64,000 bases of DNA from Candidatus Lloydbacteria bacterium (GTDB lineage Bacteria > Patescibacteriota > Minisyncoccia > Phycocordibacterales > UBA6899), in NCBI GenBank assembly GCA_043719805.1, contig JAYSTI010000001.1, positions 215,770 through 279,769 of the forward strand, given 5' to 3'. A model generated the notes under the pieces. That model did not search any database, was not told the DNA's origin, and saw only the letters and a list, made by a program, of their open reading frames with translations. Shown one piece after another: positions 48,271 to 56,945 of this stretch. The translations under genes were made by a program, and so were the position numbers. Positions within the stretch are counted from its first letter, which is position 1, and every line of letters starts with the position of its first letter.

Positions 48271-49086
48271 AGGTTTCAAGTGCTCAAATAACTGCGGCGA
48301 AGCGACGGCGATGATGGTCTGCGGCGTGAGCGTAATTGCGACGGGGACGCCGCGCGACGTGTACACTTCTCCTCCCGCCTCACGTACCATGCCGATAGTG
48401 CCGGAAATATCTGCTGTGGTCATTCCACCATAGATGACAATTTCGACGGAGCCTGAGGAAAGCAGCGAGAGGTCATAAGCCGACGCACCAAAGTTTCCTA
48501 CTTTGGCCACGGCACCTGAGGTAAAATCTTCGACGACCTTAAATGCCCACGGTTGGACCTTCTTATTCCTTCCGGGACGAACGACGGCAAACGCCTCCTT
48601 GGGATCGCTTTTTGACGAGGCATGAACGCGCACGCCATCTCGCCACACGCCTTCTCCATTCGCGAAGATAAATGTTTCCCGTGTTATCGGATGATGCACG
48701 ACGGAAAAAACGGGTTCGCCGTTTTGCACGAGCGAGATGACTGTCGTGAAGAGCGGAATACGTCGGGCAAAATTGGATGTGCCGTCGATGGGGTCGATTG
48801 TCCACAGGTGTGCGTGACCTGCGATGGAAGTAATATCTCCATGTTCCTCTTCAGAATAAATTTCGTGTTCAGGAAAATTCTTTTTTAGTTCTTCTGCTAT
48901 CCGGATGCCGATCTCACGATCGGCGGAAGTCACTTCGTCCTGCACATCTCCATTCTTGTATTCAATGGCGAGGGACTCCGAATAGGCCGCGCGGATACGC
49001 TCGCCCGCAGACGTGGCAATGGCCGAAACGATATCCGCATACCGCGCCATGAGTGGACCGGTGGAATTTTCCATATCTTTCATCAT
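48241..49086 (-). CDS. Inositol monophosphatase family protein
   Basis: VTSAD, SEE, WTIDPIDGTSNF, VREAGG. Confidence 0.9.
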   Translation of the reverse strand: MMKDMENSTGPLMARYADIVSAIATSAGERIRAAYSESLAIEYKNGDVQDEVTSADREIGIRIAEELKKNFPEHEIYSEEEHGDITSIAGHAHLWTIDPIDGTSNFARRIPLFTTVISLVQNGEPVFSVVHHPITRETFIFANGEGVWRDGVRVHASSKSDPKEAFAVVRPGRNKKVQPWAFKVVEDFTSGAVAKVGNFGASAYDLSLLSSGSVEIVIYGGMTTADISGTIGMVREAGGEVYTSRGVPVAITLTPQTIIAVASPQLFEHLKPLLRLDLLPS

Positions 49087-49115
49087 AGTTATCTTCCCAC
49101 AAAAATCCGCAAAAG

Positions 49116-49140
49116 AAAAACCGAGCAACTTGTGCTCGGT
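49116..49140 (-). terminator. Intrinsic terminator (copy 1)
   Basis: Minus strand ACCGAGCA-CAAGT-TGCTCGGT-TTTT; near-identical to 52316-52340. Confidence 0.75.
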
Positions 49141-49146
49141 GATGTG

Positions 49147-49869
49147 CTATGAGATGGCAATGTTTTCATTGATCCATTCGAGGGTGACTCCGGCGCGTGC
49201 GGCTTCCTGTTCCTGTCTCGCTCGCTTGGTGTCCTTCACTTCTACGTGATGTGCTTTTCCGTCTTCAGAATCCCTGATACGCAGGGCGGTTTCTTCACTT
49301 GGAGAAATGAGCACGGCGCATTTTCCATGCTTCTTGATAAGTCTCGCAAGCGGGGCAACCTCCTCGACGCCGATCACGCTGTCAAATCCACCCACATCAA
49401 GGAGGGCCTGCACGTTCCAAAATGCCATGGTGTTTTCGATGGGCATAGCATGCACAACATCAAGTTCGCTGATGCGCACACCGACAACATCAAAACCGGA
49501 CAGAAGGAGGTTTGCTGCGCTATCCATTACTCCGAAACTCAAATACTCCGAAGCTTTATTGGAAACAATCGCGACAAATTCGACGTCACCGCTCACCGCA
49601 CGAAGTGCCTGATTGAGCGCTTCGCCGCTATGGTGACCCGTCGCAGGGCAAACTTCCGCCCGCAAACCCTCGCGCTGAAATGCCTCAGTGAGAGAGGCAA
49701 CTGTTCCCCCAAAGTCATAGTCCGTTGGCACAACGACAAGTACGCGGTCGAACCCGCACAAAATTGCTTTTCTGACGCTTACAAGCGCCCGCTTCGCGAC
49801 TTCAGCGAGCTGCGCCTCCGTCTTTGCGTACGAACGAAGAAAAATCCCGCGACGTGCTTGGGTCATCAC
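49147..49869 (-). CDS. Divergent GT-A/GT2-like protein, paralog 1
   Basis: LNQAL..GD.EFVAIVSNK, WNVQALLDVGGFD, GVEEVAPLARL. Confidence 0.55.
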   Translation of the reverse strand: MMTQARRGIFLRSYAKTEAQLAEVAKRALVSVRKAILCGFDRVLVVVPTDYDFGGTVASLTEAFQREGLRAEVCPATGHHSGEALNQALRAVSGDVEFVAIVSNKASEYLSFGVMDSAANLLLSGFDVVGVRISELDVVHAMPIENTMAFWNVQALLDVGGFDSVIGVEEVAPLARLIKKHGKCAVLISPSEETALRIRDSEDGKAHHVEVKDTKRARQEQEAARAGVTLEWINENIAIS

Positions 49870-49957
49870 TGACTCCTTTGTAAGAACAAAAAGTTGACAA
49901 ACATTTACGACTCAGCCAACGACAATCATAACACAAACGTTAAACTTTGCAAAAGAG

Positions 49958-50839
49958 CTACTGCAATATCCCCTGCTCTATTATCTCGAGTGACTCGCCG
50001 ATACTCTTTGCCACATGCTCTTGCCTCTTTTCTTTTGTTGCAAGTTTTGCGAAATGCCGCCGATGCGCAACGGGGTCAATGGTTTCGTCCAGCTCTTTCC
50101 ACTTCGCCCCGTCGCAGGGCAACACAATGCCGATAGACGGACCAAAATATTTTACGAGTCGAATGAGCGGAATTATTTCTTCACCTCCGACGGCGGGATA
50201 TTCAATGTTTTTCCCCTCCGAGGGAACAGAGACCGTTTCACTCATGTGCAATCCTTTCTTCTTCTGCGCCGCACGAAGGTCAAATCCGCCGACAGACACG
50301 AGGCTCTTGTTGTGCCAGATAGAAAAAACATTTGACACCCTCCCCTTTACGACAAATCTTTCGAGCTCACGAAGAGCGAGTCCGGCTACACGAGCCCTGT
50401 TTTGCATCTGCCCGAGTAACCCAAAAACATTCTCTTTGGATATATATTCCGTAGCACCGTGAGAAATGATCATCGAATACGAAATACGATCTTCTAGCTG
50501 ATTCGCAATTCCGTAGTTGAGCAACACGCAGTAAATGTCCCCCTTTTTTATTTCCAGCACGTGCACTGGTGCATCAGGAAATCGTGACGAAACTTCCGTA
50601 CGCAGTCGCTCCCCCGAAAGCCCGCAATCACTATCAACGTAATCCCGATCACTCGACACCAGAAGGTCGATGCGGGCAAAAACCGGGCGATCATCAATTT
50701 TTATCGCAAGCAATTTTTCAACTGCGTCGAGTGCGGATTCCGTTTGATATTCCACCGCCTCGGGCGTCGTGGCAAACACACGAAGGAGCGCACCCACCCG
50801 ATTGCGCTCCAATAATTTTGCTGCGAGCTCATTTGACAT
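49958..50839 (-). CDS. Divergent GT-A/GT2-like protein, paralog 2
   Basis: LNYGI, WHNKSLVSVGGFD, GGEEIIPLIRL. Confidence 0.55.
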   Translation of the reverse strand: MSNELAAKLLERNRVGALLRVFATTPEAVEYQTESALDAVEKLLAIKIDDRPVFARIDLLVSSDRDYVDSDCGLSGERLRTEVSSRFPDAPVHVLEIKKGDIYCVLLNYGIANQLEDRISYSMIISHGATEYISKENVFGLLGQMQNRARVAGLALRELERFVVKGRVSNVFSIWHNKSLVSVGGFDLRAAQKKKGLHMSETVSVPSEGKNIEYPAVGGEEIIPLIRLVKYFGPSIGIVLPCDGAKWKELDETIDPVAHRRHFAKLATKEKRQEHVAKSIGESLEIIEQGILQ

Positions 50840-50852
50840 ACAAACAGTATAA

Positions 50853-50883
50853 CAAAATCCCCCCAAGTTTCCTTGGGGGGATT
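50853..50883 (-). terminator. Intrinsic terminator
   Basis: AATCCCCCCAAG-GAAA-CTTGGGGGGATT followed by T residues. Confidence 0.7.
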
Positions 50884-50896
50884 ACAGGAACAAATT

Positions 50897-51337
50897 CTAT
50901 TCGAGAAATTCCCCTTCATCCCGCGGTGCATCAACGGTAGCGGCGAAGGCCTCAAGCGTCAGCGTCCCAAACGGGAGAGGAACGTAGACGGTAAGGCTTG
51001 GCCTCACGACCATGGCGAGGTTGGGGCAATCACATCCCTTGTTATAGCGGATGATGGCAGACACGTTCTCTGCTCCAACTTGATTAACCACGTCGAGTAC
51101 GCGGCGAGACCGGAGCCTGTTCGTTACCTCGAAAGTCATGATTCCCTGAGAAAGTCCAACCAGCCAAAACCGGTCACTATACCCCCACTCAATCGTGTTC
51201 GGCTTCACCATGAGAACCGATTTGTTGATTGCACAGAGCCGCGCGTTAGACTCAAGGTCTCCGCCAACTTGTGCGGCGACCAGAGCGAGGTCAAGGTGGG
51301 TGGCAACGGGGAAACTATCTCCGATATTCAGTGTCAT
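50897..51337 (-). CDS. Hypothetical protein
   Basis: 146 aa ORF with AAGGAG Shine-Dalgarno, co-oriented downstream of 51355-52155. Confidence 0.6.
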   Translation of the reverse strand: MTLNIGDSFPVATHLDLALVAAQVGGDLESNARLCAINKSVLMVKPNTIEWGYSDRFWLVGLSQGIMTFEVTNRLRSRRVLDVVNQVGAENVSAIIRYNKGCDCPNLAMVVRPSLTVYVPLPFGTLTLEAFAATVDAPRDEGEFLE

Positions 51338-51354
51338 ATCATTTCTCCTTCAGT

Positions 51355-52155
51355 TTAGATGTGAATGACGCGGCCGAACGGGATATTCGCAAGCGCCATT
51401 TGCTTTGCGGCACGGGTGAGCGCCGAGGCGCGCTTGTGCTCGTCGAGCACTTTGCGTGCTCCGACGATGCCGGAGGCATCACGATCTGCTCCGGTGACGT
51501 GAACGAGTTTCACTTTCGCATTCTCCACCCCGAGCATGTGCTGGATGAGGGAGAAGGTCGGCACCTCCTTGATTCCGGCCACCTTCATGCCGGGGTCATT
51601 CGGAGCACCGACATCTTCGAAGCGTTCACATCCGATCCACGGCGCTTCGCTCACGCCGATGAAATTGTAGAGCGCAAGCATCTGCACACGCACCAGCATG
51701 AATGCGTCAGCGGGCACGCGCATGCCGTTCATCTCGTGTTCGCCGGGAACGTGGTCGTGGAAACCCTCGAGTGCGGCGCCAACCACGAGGGTGTCCTCGG
51801 CGAGATGTGCGTCGAGCGCGGCGATGTTCACGTCGGTTGGCACATGTTCGGTATTCGCGAACAAGACCTTCTCGTGACCGTCGAATGCCGCCTGCATAAC
51901 GAGCGCATTCAGCGGCTCGACATAGCGACCCCACGGAGTGACAGGGAGAGCGAGCAGCTTCTTTCCGCGAGGCACAGGGAGTGTCTTGAGGAAGGAAAGC
52001 GTGTCGCCGATATCACGCACGGTGTTCACCGCAACATAGGCGGTATCGATGGCGTCGCAGCGGAAGCAGGCCGACACAAAACGGACAATCTTCAGCAGGC
52101 CGGCGTCGATGCCGGACATGTCGGAAATGAAAAAACGCGTCACAAGTGCGGTCAT
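51355..52155 (-). CDS. Divergent GT-A/GT2-like protein, paralog 3
   Basis: RDIGDT, LNALV, GIKEVPTFSL; similar to paralogs 1 and 2 by eye. Confidence 0.5.
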   Translation of the reverse strand: MTALVTRFFISDMSGIDAGLLKIVRFVSACFRCDAIDTAYVAVNTVRDIGDTLSFLKTLPVPRGKKLLALPVTPWGRYVEPLNALVMQAAFDGHEKVLFANTEHVPTDVNIAALDAHLAEDTLVVGAALEGFHDHVPGEHEMNGMRVPADAFMLVRVQMLALYNFIGVSEAPWIGCERFEDVGAPNDPGMKVAGIKEVPTFSLIQHMLGVENAKVKLVHVTGADRDASGIVGARKVLDEHKRASALTRAAKQMALANIPFGRVIHI

Positions 52156-52200
52156 GGCTTGCCTTTCGATGTGCGCTTTTGCGCGGGGTTTGAATGGAGA

Positions 52201-52272
52201 GTTCTTCTCTTCACTGAGTTAAACCTTCTCGACAAAGTTGAGTCGATAAGGGATATGAATCAAAGAACGATA
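52201..52272 (-). ncRNA. Candidate structured 5' leader RNA, copy 1
   Basis: 72 nt, 56/72 identical to 53014-53085 with compensatory changes. Confidence 0.65.
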
Positions 52273-52279
52273 CTGTTGT

Positions 52280-52307
52280 ATTATACATAAAATACGCTTT
52301 CTGTCAA
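52280..52307 (-). promoter_or_regulatory. Consensus sigma70 promoter
   Basis: TTGACA-N16-TATAAT; predicted TSS at the start of the leader motif. Confidence 0.75.
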
Positions 52308-52315
52308 GAAGAAGT

Positions 52316-52340
52316 AAAAACCGAGCAGCTTGTGCTCGGT
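52316..52340 (-). terminator. Intrinsic terminator (copy 2)
   Basis: Minus strand ACCGAGCA-CAAGC-TGCTCGGT-TTTT. Confidence 0.75.
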
Positions 52341-52354
52341 GGGACTACCGTGAT

Positions 52355-52981
52355 TCAGAATCTCCAGGCTTCAACTATCGCTTCTTTCTTCATTTGTCCG
52401 AATTCATTGATCACCCCGAAATACAGAGCCCTTGGGGCAAATGTGGTTCGAGGAAGACGAAACTGCTCTACCTCCACGACATCAGCACTGTGTTGCAGTC
52501 GGGCGATGGTGACGTGTGGGTGGTAGTACTCCCCCGTTGCAAGCATGCCGTAACGCAAAATTCGATCTTGTTCCGTCGACGTTGCCGTGAGCATGGCCTT
52601 ACTTGCCTGCGGAAGTAACCGGCCGGCCGCAAACGCACTCATGTGTGATGCGACGAATTCATGAAGGCGGCAGAGTGTGGGTGCTACTTCCAAATTCCAA
52701 AATACATTGTTGTTCTTTCTCACCTCGAGTCTGTCGACGAGAATAAGTTGCTTTGTCTTTGGCTTATTTACGACCAACTCCATTTTCAGCTCTTCCCATG
52801 CGCAGAGGGCATCTCGCATATTCGCGAATCGCCCCTGATACAGCGTTACGTGAGAATGGTATTCCGGGGAGAGCTCATACAAAAGCAGAATGCGTTCGTC
52901 GTAAAAACGAGAAACGGTGCGGCGAGCGGAAGCATCGACGCGCCCAGAGAGTGCGAGTGCAACTCCACAATCATAGGTCAT
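52355..52981 (-). CDS. 2H phosphoesterase family protein
   Basis: Two HxT motifs: SHVTLY and PHVTIA; AGGAGG Shine-Dalgarno. Confidence 0.75.
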   Translation of the reverse strand: MTYDCGVALALSGRVDASARRTVSRFYDERILLLYELSPEYHSHVTLYQGRFANMRDALCAWEELKMELVVNKPKTKQLILVDRLEVRKNNNVFWNLEVAPTLCRLHEFVASHMSAFAAGRLLPQASKAMLTATSTEQDRILRYGMLATGEYYHPHVTIARLQHSADVVEVEQFRLPRTTFAPRALYFGVINEFGQMKKEAIVEAWRF

Positions 52982-53013
52982 GTGACCTCCTGTTTTATTA
53001 CCAATGAGGAAGC

Positions 53014-53085
53014 GTTCTTCTCTTCACGAAGTTGGGCCAGACCGGCAAAGTTGAGCCGGTTGGGGGCATGAATCAAAGAACGATA
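53014..53085 (-). ncRNA. Candidate structured 5' leader RNA, copy 2
   Basis: Same length and fold as 52201-52272; TTGACA at 53115-53120 at the same 29-nt spacing. Confidence 0.65.
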
Positions 53086-53111
53086 TGATTCAGAATTACA
53101 CGAAATGTGAC

Positions 53112-54152
53112 TTATGTCAATATACTCGCAAGGACGGAGGCAAGCTTGTCTGAGTCGTGGCGAATAAGTGTGCGACGCAGAAGGTCCTTCTTTGGGGTTT
53201 TTGCGACTCCCTCGGCGAGCAGATCACGACCGATCAATCTTTCCTTGTCGCCCTTCACGCACTTGTCGGTGCAGACCACGGGCTCCCCTTCGTCGGCATA
53301 GCGCCGCACGAGGGTCTGCGGAGGTTTTTTTGTGTTGTACACAATAAGATCAAATGCTTTCTTCCCGATATATTCTTCGAGTGCACGGACATAATCGGTC
53401 ACCGAGAAATTATCGGTATGACCCTGCTGACTCATGAGGTTCGTCACAAACACTTTTTTTGCTTTTGAATTCATGAACGCACGGGAGACGCCGCGCACGA
53501 GAAAATTTGGAAGTATCGATGTGTAGAGCTTGCCGGGACCGACAACAATGAGGTCCGCTTCTTTGATTGCCTTGAGTGCCATCGGATTTGCATTTCCCGT
53601 CGGCTCGAGAAATATTTTTTTGATTCCGTATTTTGAGACGAGCTGATATTCCATAAATGTACTTTCGCCGTGCAGGACCTTGCCGTTTTCAAGTTCAGCG
53701 TGCAGCGAAATCCTATCGAGCGTCACCGGGACAACGCGTCCGCGGATATTCAAAATCTTTCCCGCAACGTCGAGTGCTTTATCGATACTTCCGGTGACTT
53801 GCTCTAGTGTCGAAATGAAAATATTCCCAAAATTATGTCCAGAAAGTTCGCCTTTCGCATAACGATGATTGAAAAGTTTGCGCATTACCTGATCAGCATC
53901 AGAAAGCGCGACGAGGCACTGGCGTAGGTCACCGGGAGGAAGCACACCGAACTCATCGCGGAGTCTCCCCGTAGAACCTCCGTCGTCCGCCATAGAAACG
54001 ATTGCGGTGAGATCGAGTGGATAATGCTTAAGGCCGGAGAGCACGGTAAAAGTACCGGTGCCACCACCCATCACAACCACCCTCGGGTTAGACTTCAAAC
54101 GGCGAACTTCCTTTGTGTTTTTTTTACTATTTTTTTGTTTTTTTGTGTCCAT
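53112..54152 (-). CDS. yvcK: Gluconeogenesis factor YvcK (CofD-like)
   Basis: GGGTG, DDGGSTGRLR, PPGDLR, GHNFGN, GPGKLYTSILP. Confidence 0.92.
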   Translation of the reverse strand: MDTKKQKNSKKNTKEVRRLKSNPRVVVMGGGTGTFTVLSGLKHYPLDLTAIVSMADDGGSTGRLRDEFGVLPPGDLRQCLVALSDADQVMRKLFNHRYAKGELSGHNFGNIFISTLEQVTGSIDKALDVAGKILNIRGRVVPVTLDRISLHAELENGKVLHGESTFMEYQLVSKYGIKKIFLEPTGNANPMALKAIKEADLIVVGPGKLYTSILPNFLVRGVSRAFMNSKAKKVFVTNLMSQQGHTDNFSVTDYVRALEEYIGKKAFDLIVYNTKKPPQTLVRRYADEGEPVVCTDKCVKGDKERLIGRDLLAEGVAKTPKKDLLRRTLIRHDSDKLASVLASILT

Positions 54153-55287
54153 AATGATGTGCGTTCACCCAACTCGCTTTGTACGCAGCAAGGGTTTCGG
54201 CGTGGGTCGGCAATTTTGCCACTTCAGCAAATGCCGCCTCAGGGAGTGACTTCCGCAGTGTAACACTTGCAAGCATTTCAACCATTGCGCCGACGAGCGC
54301 CCTCTCATCGGCAACGGGAATGACAAGCCCGGTCTCTCTGTCGCGCACCAACTCCCCTGCGATGCCGACGTTCGTCATGAGTACCGGGGCTCCCGAAGCC
54401 ATTGCCTCCACCACTGCGAGGCCCCATCCTTCATATAACGAAGGCTGCACATAGAGGTCGCAGGTCTTGTAATACGACACGACGTCGCGCGCCCACGGAA
54501 GGACGATGACCGACTCGGCAAGGCCAAGCGAGGACGCAAGCAGCAGCAGGCGCTCGCGTAATGGACCGGAACCGACAATGAGGAGTAGCGCATCGTTGTG
54601 GCGCTTCTGCACTTCGGCAAACGCCCGGATAAGTCCGTGAAAATTTTTCTCCGGCTGCAGTCGGCCGATCGAAAGAATTATTCTTCCGAACATTTTGTAC
54701 GAGACATGGAGATCGAATGTCGGGACCGCGTTCTTCCACATCGCCACATCGGTATAGATAGGTACACGCGTCACGCATTCCCTTTTTATTCCCATGCGTA
54801 ATACGCTCTCCTCGACGCGTCTTGATACGACGCGGATACCGGATGCTTGTAGCAGTAAAAAATACATGAGCGCAAACCTGACGCGATTCATCGCGCGTTC
54901 ATGTTTCCACTCCTCGCTCCATGGGTCGGTATGTATTTGCAGATGAAGCGGGACGTGAAGGACTTTCGCGATGAGATAGCCGAGGGCCCCCGTCTCAAAA
55001 GGGTCCTGCGTACTCACCAGCCATTTCTCACGATGTCCGTGATGGGCAATAATAGATTTCGCCAGTCTGAACGCGTCCGGAAGATACGACCACTTCCCGA
55101 CTGAACTCGTCGGATAGATGGTCAGATGTTCTCCTCCGTGAAACTTTTTGAACCGCTCTCCTTTTGGAGTGAACACGACGACGTGCAATTCCGACACGAG
55201 ACCGGCCTGCTCCTTTAATCGCGAAAGGAGTGCGGAGTCGGCGTCGAAGACCGACTTGTCGGTAGATATCATTAAAACTTTTATCAT
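54127..55287 (-). CDS. GT4 glycosyltransferase
   Basis: QDPFETG, GRLQPEKN, YEGWGLAVVEAMASG. Confidence 0.9.
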   Translation of the reverse strand: MIKVLMISTDKSVFDADSALLSRLKEQAGLVSELHVVVFTPKGERFKKFHGGEHLTIYPTSSVGKWSYLPDAFRLAKSIIAHHGHREKWLVSTQDPFETGALGYLIAKVLHVPLHLQIHTDPWSEEWKHERAMNRVRFALMYFLLLQASGIRVVSRRVEESVLRMGIKRECVTRVPIYTDVAMWKNAVPTFDLHVSYKMFGRIILSIGRLQPEKNFHGLIRAFAEVQKRHNDALLLIVGSGPLRERLLLLASSLGLAESVIVLPWARDVVSYYKTCDLYVQPSLYEGWGLAVVEAMASGAPVLMTNVGIAGELVRDRETGLVIPVADERALVGAMVEMLASVTLRKSLPEAAFAEVAKLPTHAETLAAYKASWVNAHHYGHKKTKK

Positions 55288-55452
55288 AAGGGGTTTGTCG
55301 CCGCATTCGGATGCGAACCTAATGAGAACATCATACACGAGGGGGAGGTCACTGTTGAGAGTGGGCGGCATGACGCCTCAGGAAATGCATGGTGTGCAAC
55401 TTTCGGCATGGAAAAAGGTTAAAACTTGTATATAATGCCTACCAACCACACC

Positions 55453-56235
55453 ATGCCCCAAATGAACAACAAAAAACGTGTCGTCGCAGTATCCGGGGGG
55501 TTCGACCCCGTGCACATCGGACACATCCGCATGTTCGAGGAGGCGCGTGCGCTCGGTGACGAGCTGGTCATTATTTTGAACAACGACAATTGGCTCATGG
55601 CAAAAAAGGGTTTTGTTTTCATGCCGGAGAATGAGCGTGCGGAAGTACTCCGTTCGCTTCGCGTCGTCGACCGCGTGGTCATCACCAAACATCTGCCGAA
55701 CGACCCGGACCGCTCGGTTATCAATGCACTCGCCGAGACCAGACCGGATATTTTTGCCAACGGCGGAGACCGCAAAAATGAGAACGACATCCCCGAGGCG
55801 GCCATCTGTCGGGAGCTCGGTATCGAAATGGACTTTAATGTCGGACACGGCGGCAAAGTGCAAAGCTCTTCCTGGCTTACGGAAAGCTTGCGCAATCATC
55901 ACGAGGACCGACCGTGGGGATCGTTTGAGAATCATGCGCATCGCGATGACTGGCATCTCAAGGTGATCACCGTCCACGATGGAAAACGTACGAGCTTACA
56001 GCATCACAAGCATCGAAAAGAGACGTGGGTCGTCGTCGAGGGGACCATTCGCGCAACTGCGGGAGACAAGGAAGTGCTTCTTTCTCAGGGAGGAATCATC
56101 AGCGTAGAACCTGAAGAAAAACATCGCATCCATGCGGTGGGCGGAAACGCGAAGCTCGTTGAAGTCTCACTCGGATATTTTGATGAAGACGATATCATCC
56201 GCCATGAAGACGACTACGGTCGCCTGGGGGCATAA
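55453..56235 (+). CDS. Cytidylyltransferase-like (HIGH) domain fused to a mannose-6-phosphate isomerase-type cupin
   Basis: SGGFDPVHIGH, FANGGDR, KVQSSS; RPWG, SLQHHKHRKETW, EDDIIRHEDDYGR. Confidence 0.85.
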   Translation: MPQMNNKKRVVAVSGGFDPVHIGHIRMFEEARALGDELVIILNNDNWLMAKKGFVFMPENERAEVLRSLRVVDRVVITKHLPNDPDRSVINALAETRPDIFANGGDRKNENDIPEAAICRELGIEMDFNVGHGGKVQSSSWLTESLRNHHEDRPWGSFENHAHRDDWHLKVITVHDGKRTSLQHHKHRKETWVVVEGTIRATAGDKEVLLSQGGIISVEPEEKHRIHAVGGNAKLVEVSLGYFDEDDIIRHEDDYGRLGA

Positions 56236-56289
56236 CTCACGACGACACTCCGCACTATCGTGGAGTGATGGATTTGATATAATATACGG

Positions 56290-56844
56290 ATGAACACAAC
56301 AGAAGACGACAATCTCGAGATAGTTCCGAACTTGGGAACATTTCACGAAGACCCGACGCACCACATCGAACGTGTGCGATTATCCGATGAGCAATATGCA
56401 CTCGCGACACAGGCACTTCCCGTCGTCTGTACTGACGTCGTACTCGTCGACACCGAGGGAAGGTTCGTACTCTCCTATCGCAACCATCCCGCCGCAAAAG
56501 GATGGTGGTGGAGCGGGGGATCGTGGAAAGCGGAATACTCTCGCGAAGAATCAATTGCAAGGATATTACAACGTGAGCTCGGCTTTGTGCCGGATAAAGT
56601 AACAACGCTCGCCATCTTTGACCACTTCTGGTCTTCGCGCGGTGAGCTACCTCATGAGACCGGTCGCCACGACATCATCTTCCTCCACTATGTAGAAGTC
56701 AGCGAGGAAACCATTGCACACATCAGACTTGACCCGGGCGAATACGATGCCGACCGCGGCCTCATGCGCTATGACGGCACGCAGGACGTCCGCACCGCAG
56801 TAAAAAAGGCGTACAAACTCTATTGTTGCCGTCCCGCTGCGTAA
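56290..56844 (+). CDS. Nudix hydrolase, GDP-mannose mannosyl hydrolase-like (paralog 1)
   Basis: PVVCTDVVLVD..FVL..R..PAAKGWWWSGG..RELG. Confidence 0.7.
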   Translation: MNTTEDDNLEIVPNLGTFHEDPTHHIERVRLSDEQYALATQALPVVCTDVVLVDTEGRFVLSYRNHPAAKGWWWSGGSWKAEYSREESIARILQRELGFVPDKVTTLAIFDHFWSSRGELPHETGRHDIIFLHYVEVSEETIAHIRLDPGEYDADRGLMRYDGTQDVRTAVKKAYKLYCCRPAA

Positions 56845-56945
56845 AAAAAGCGGAAAGGGCTAAAACTTGCGCAAATGACTAATTTGTGCTACTATTTTGC
56901 GCGGACCATGGAAACAGGATGTAAGTTCTACTCAAGGAGCAAGAA

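Noticed and set aside
51271-52290. 339-aa plus-strand ORF
   Set aside because: Antisense shadow of the GC-rich gene 51355-52155; promoter, leader and Shine-Dalgarno support the minus strand.
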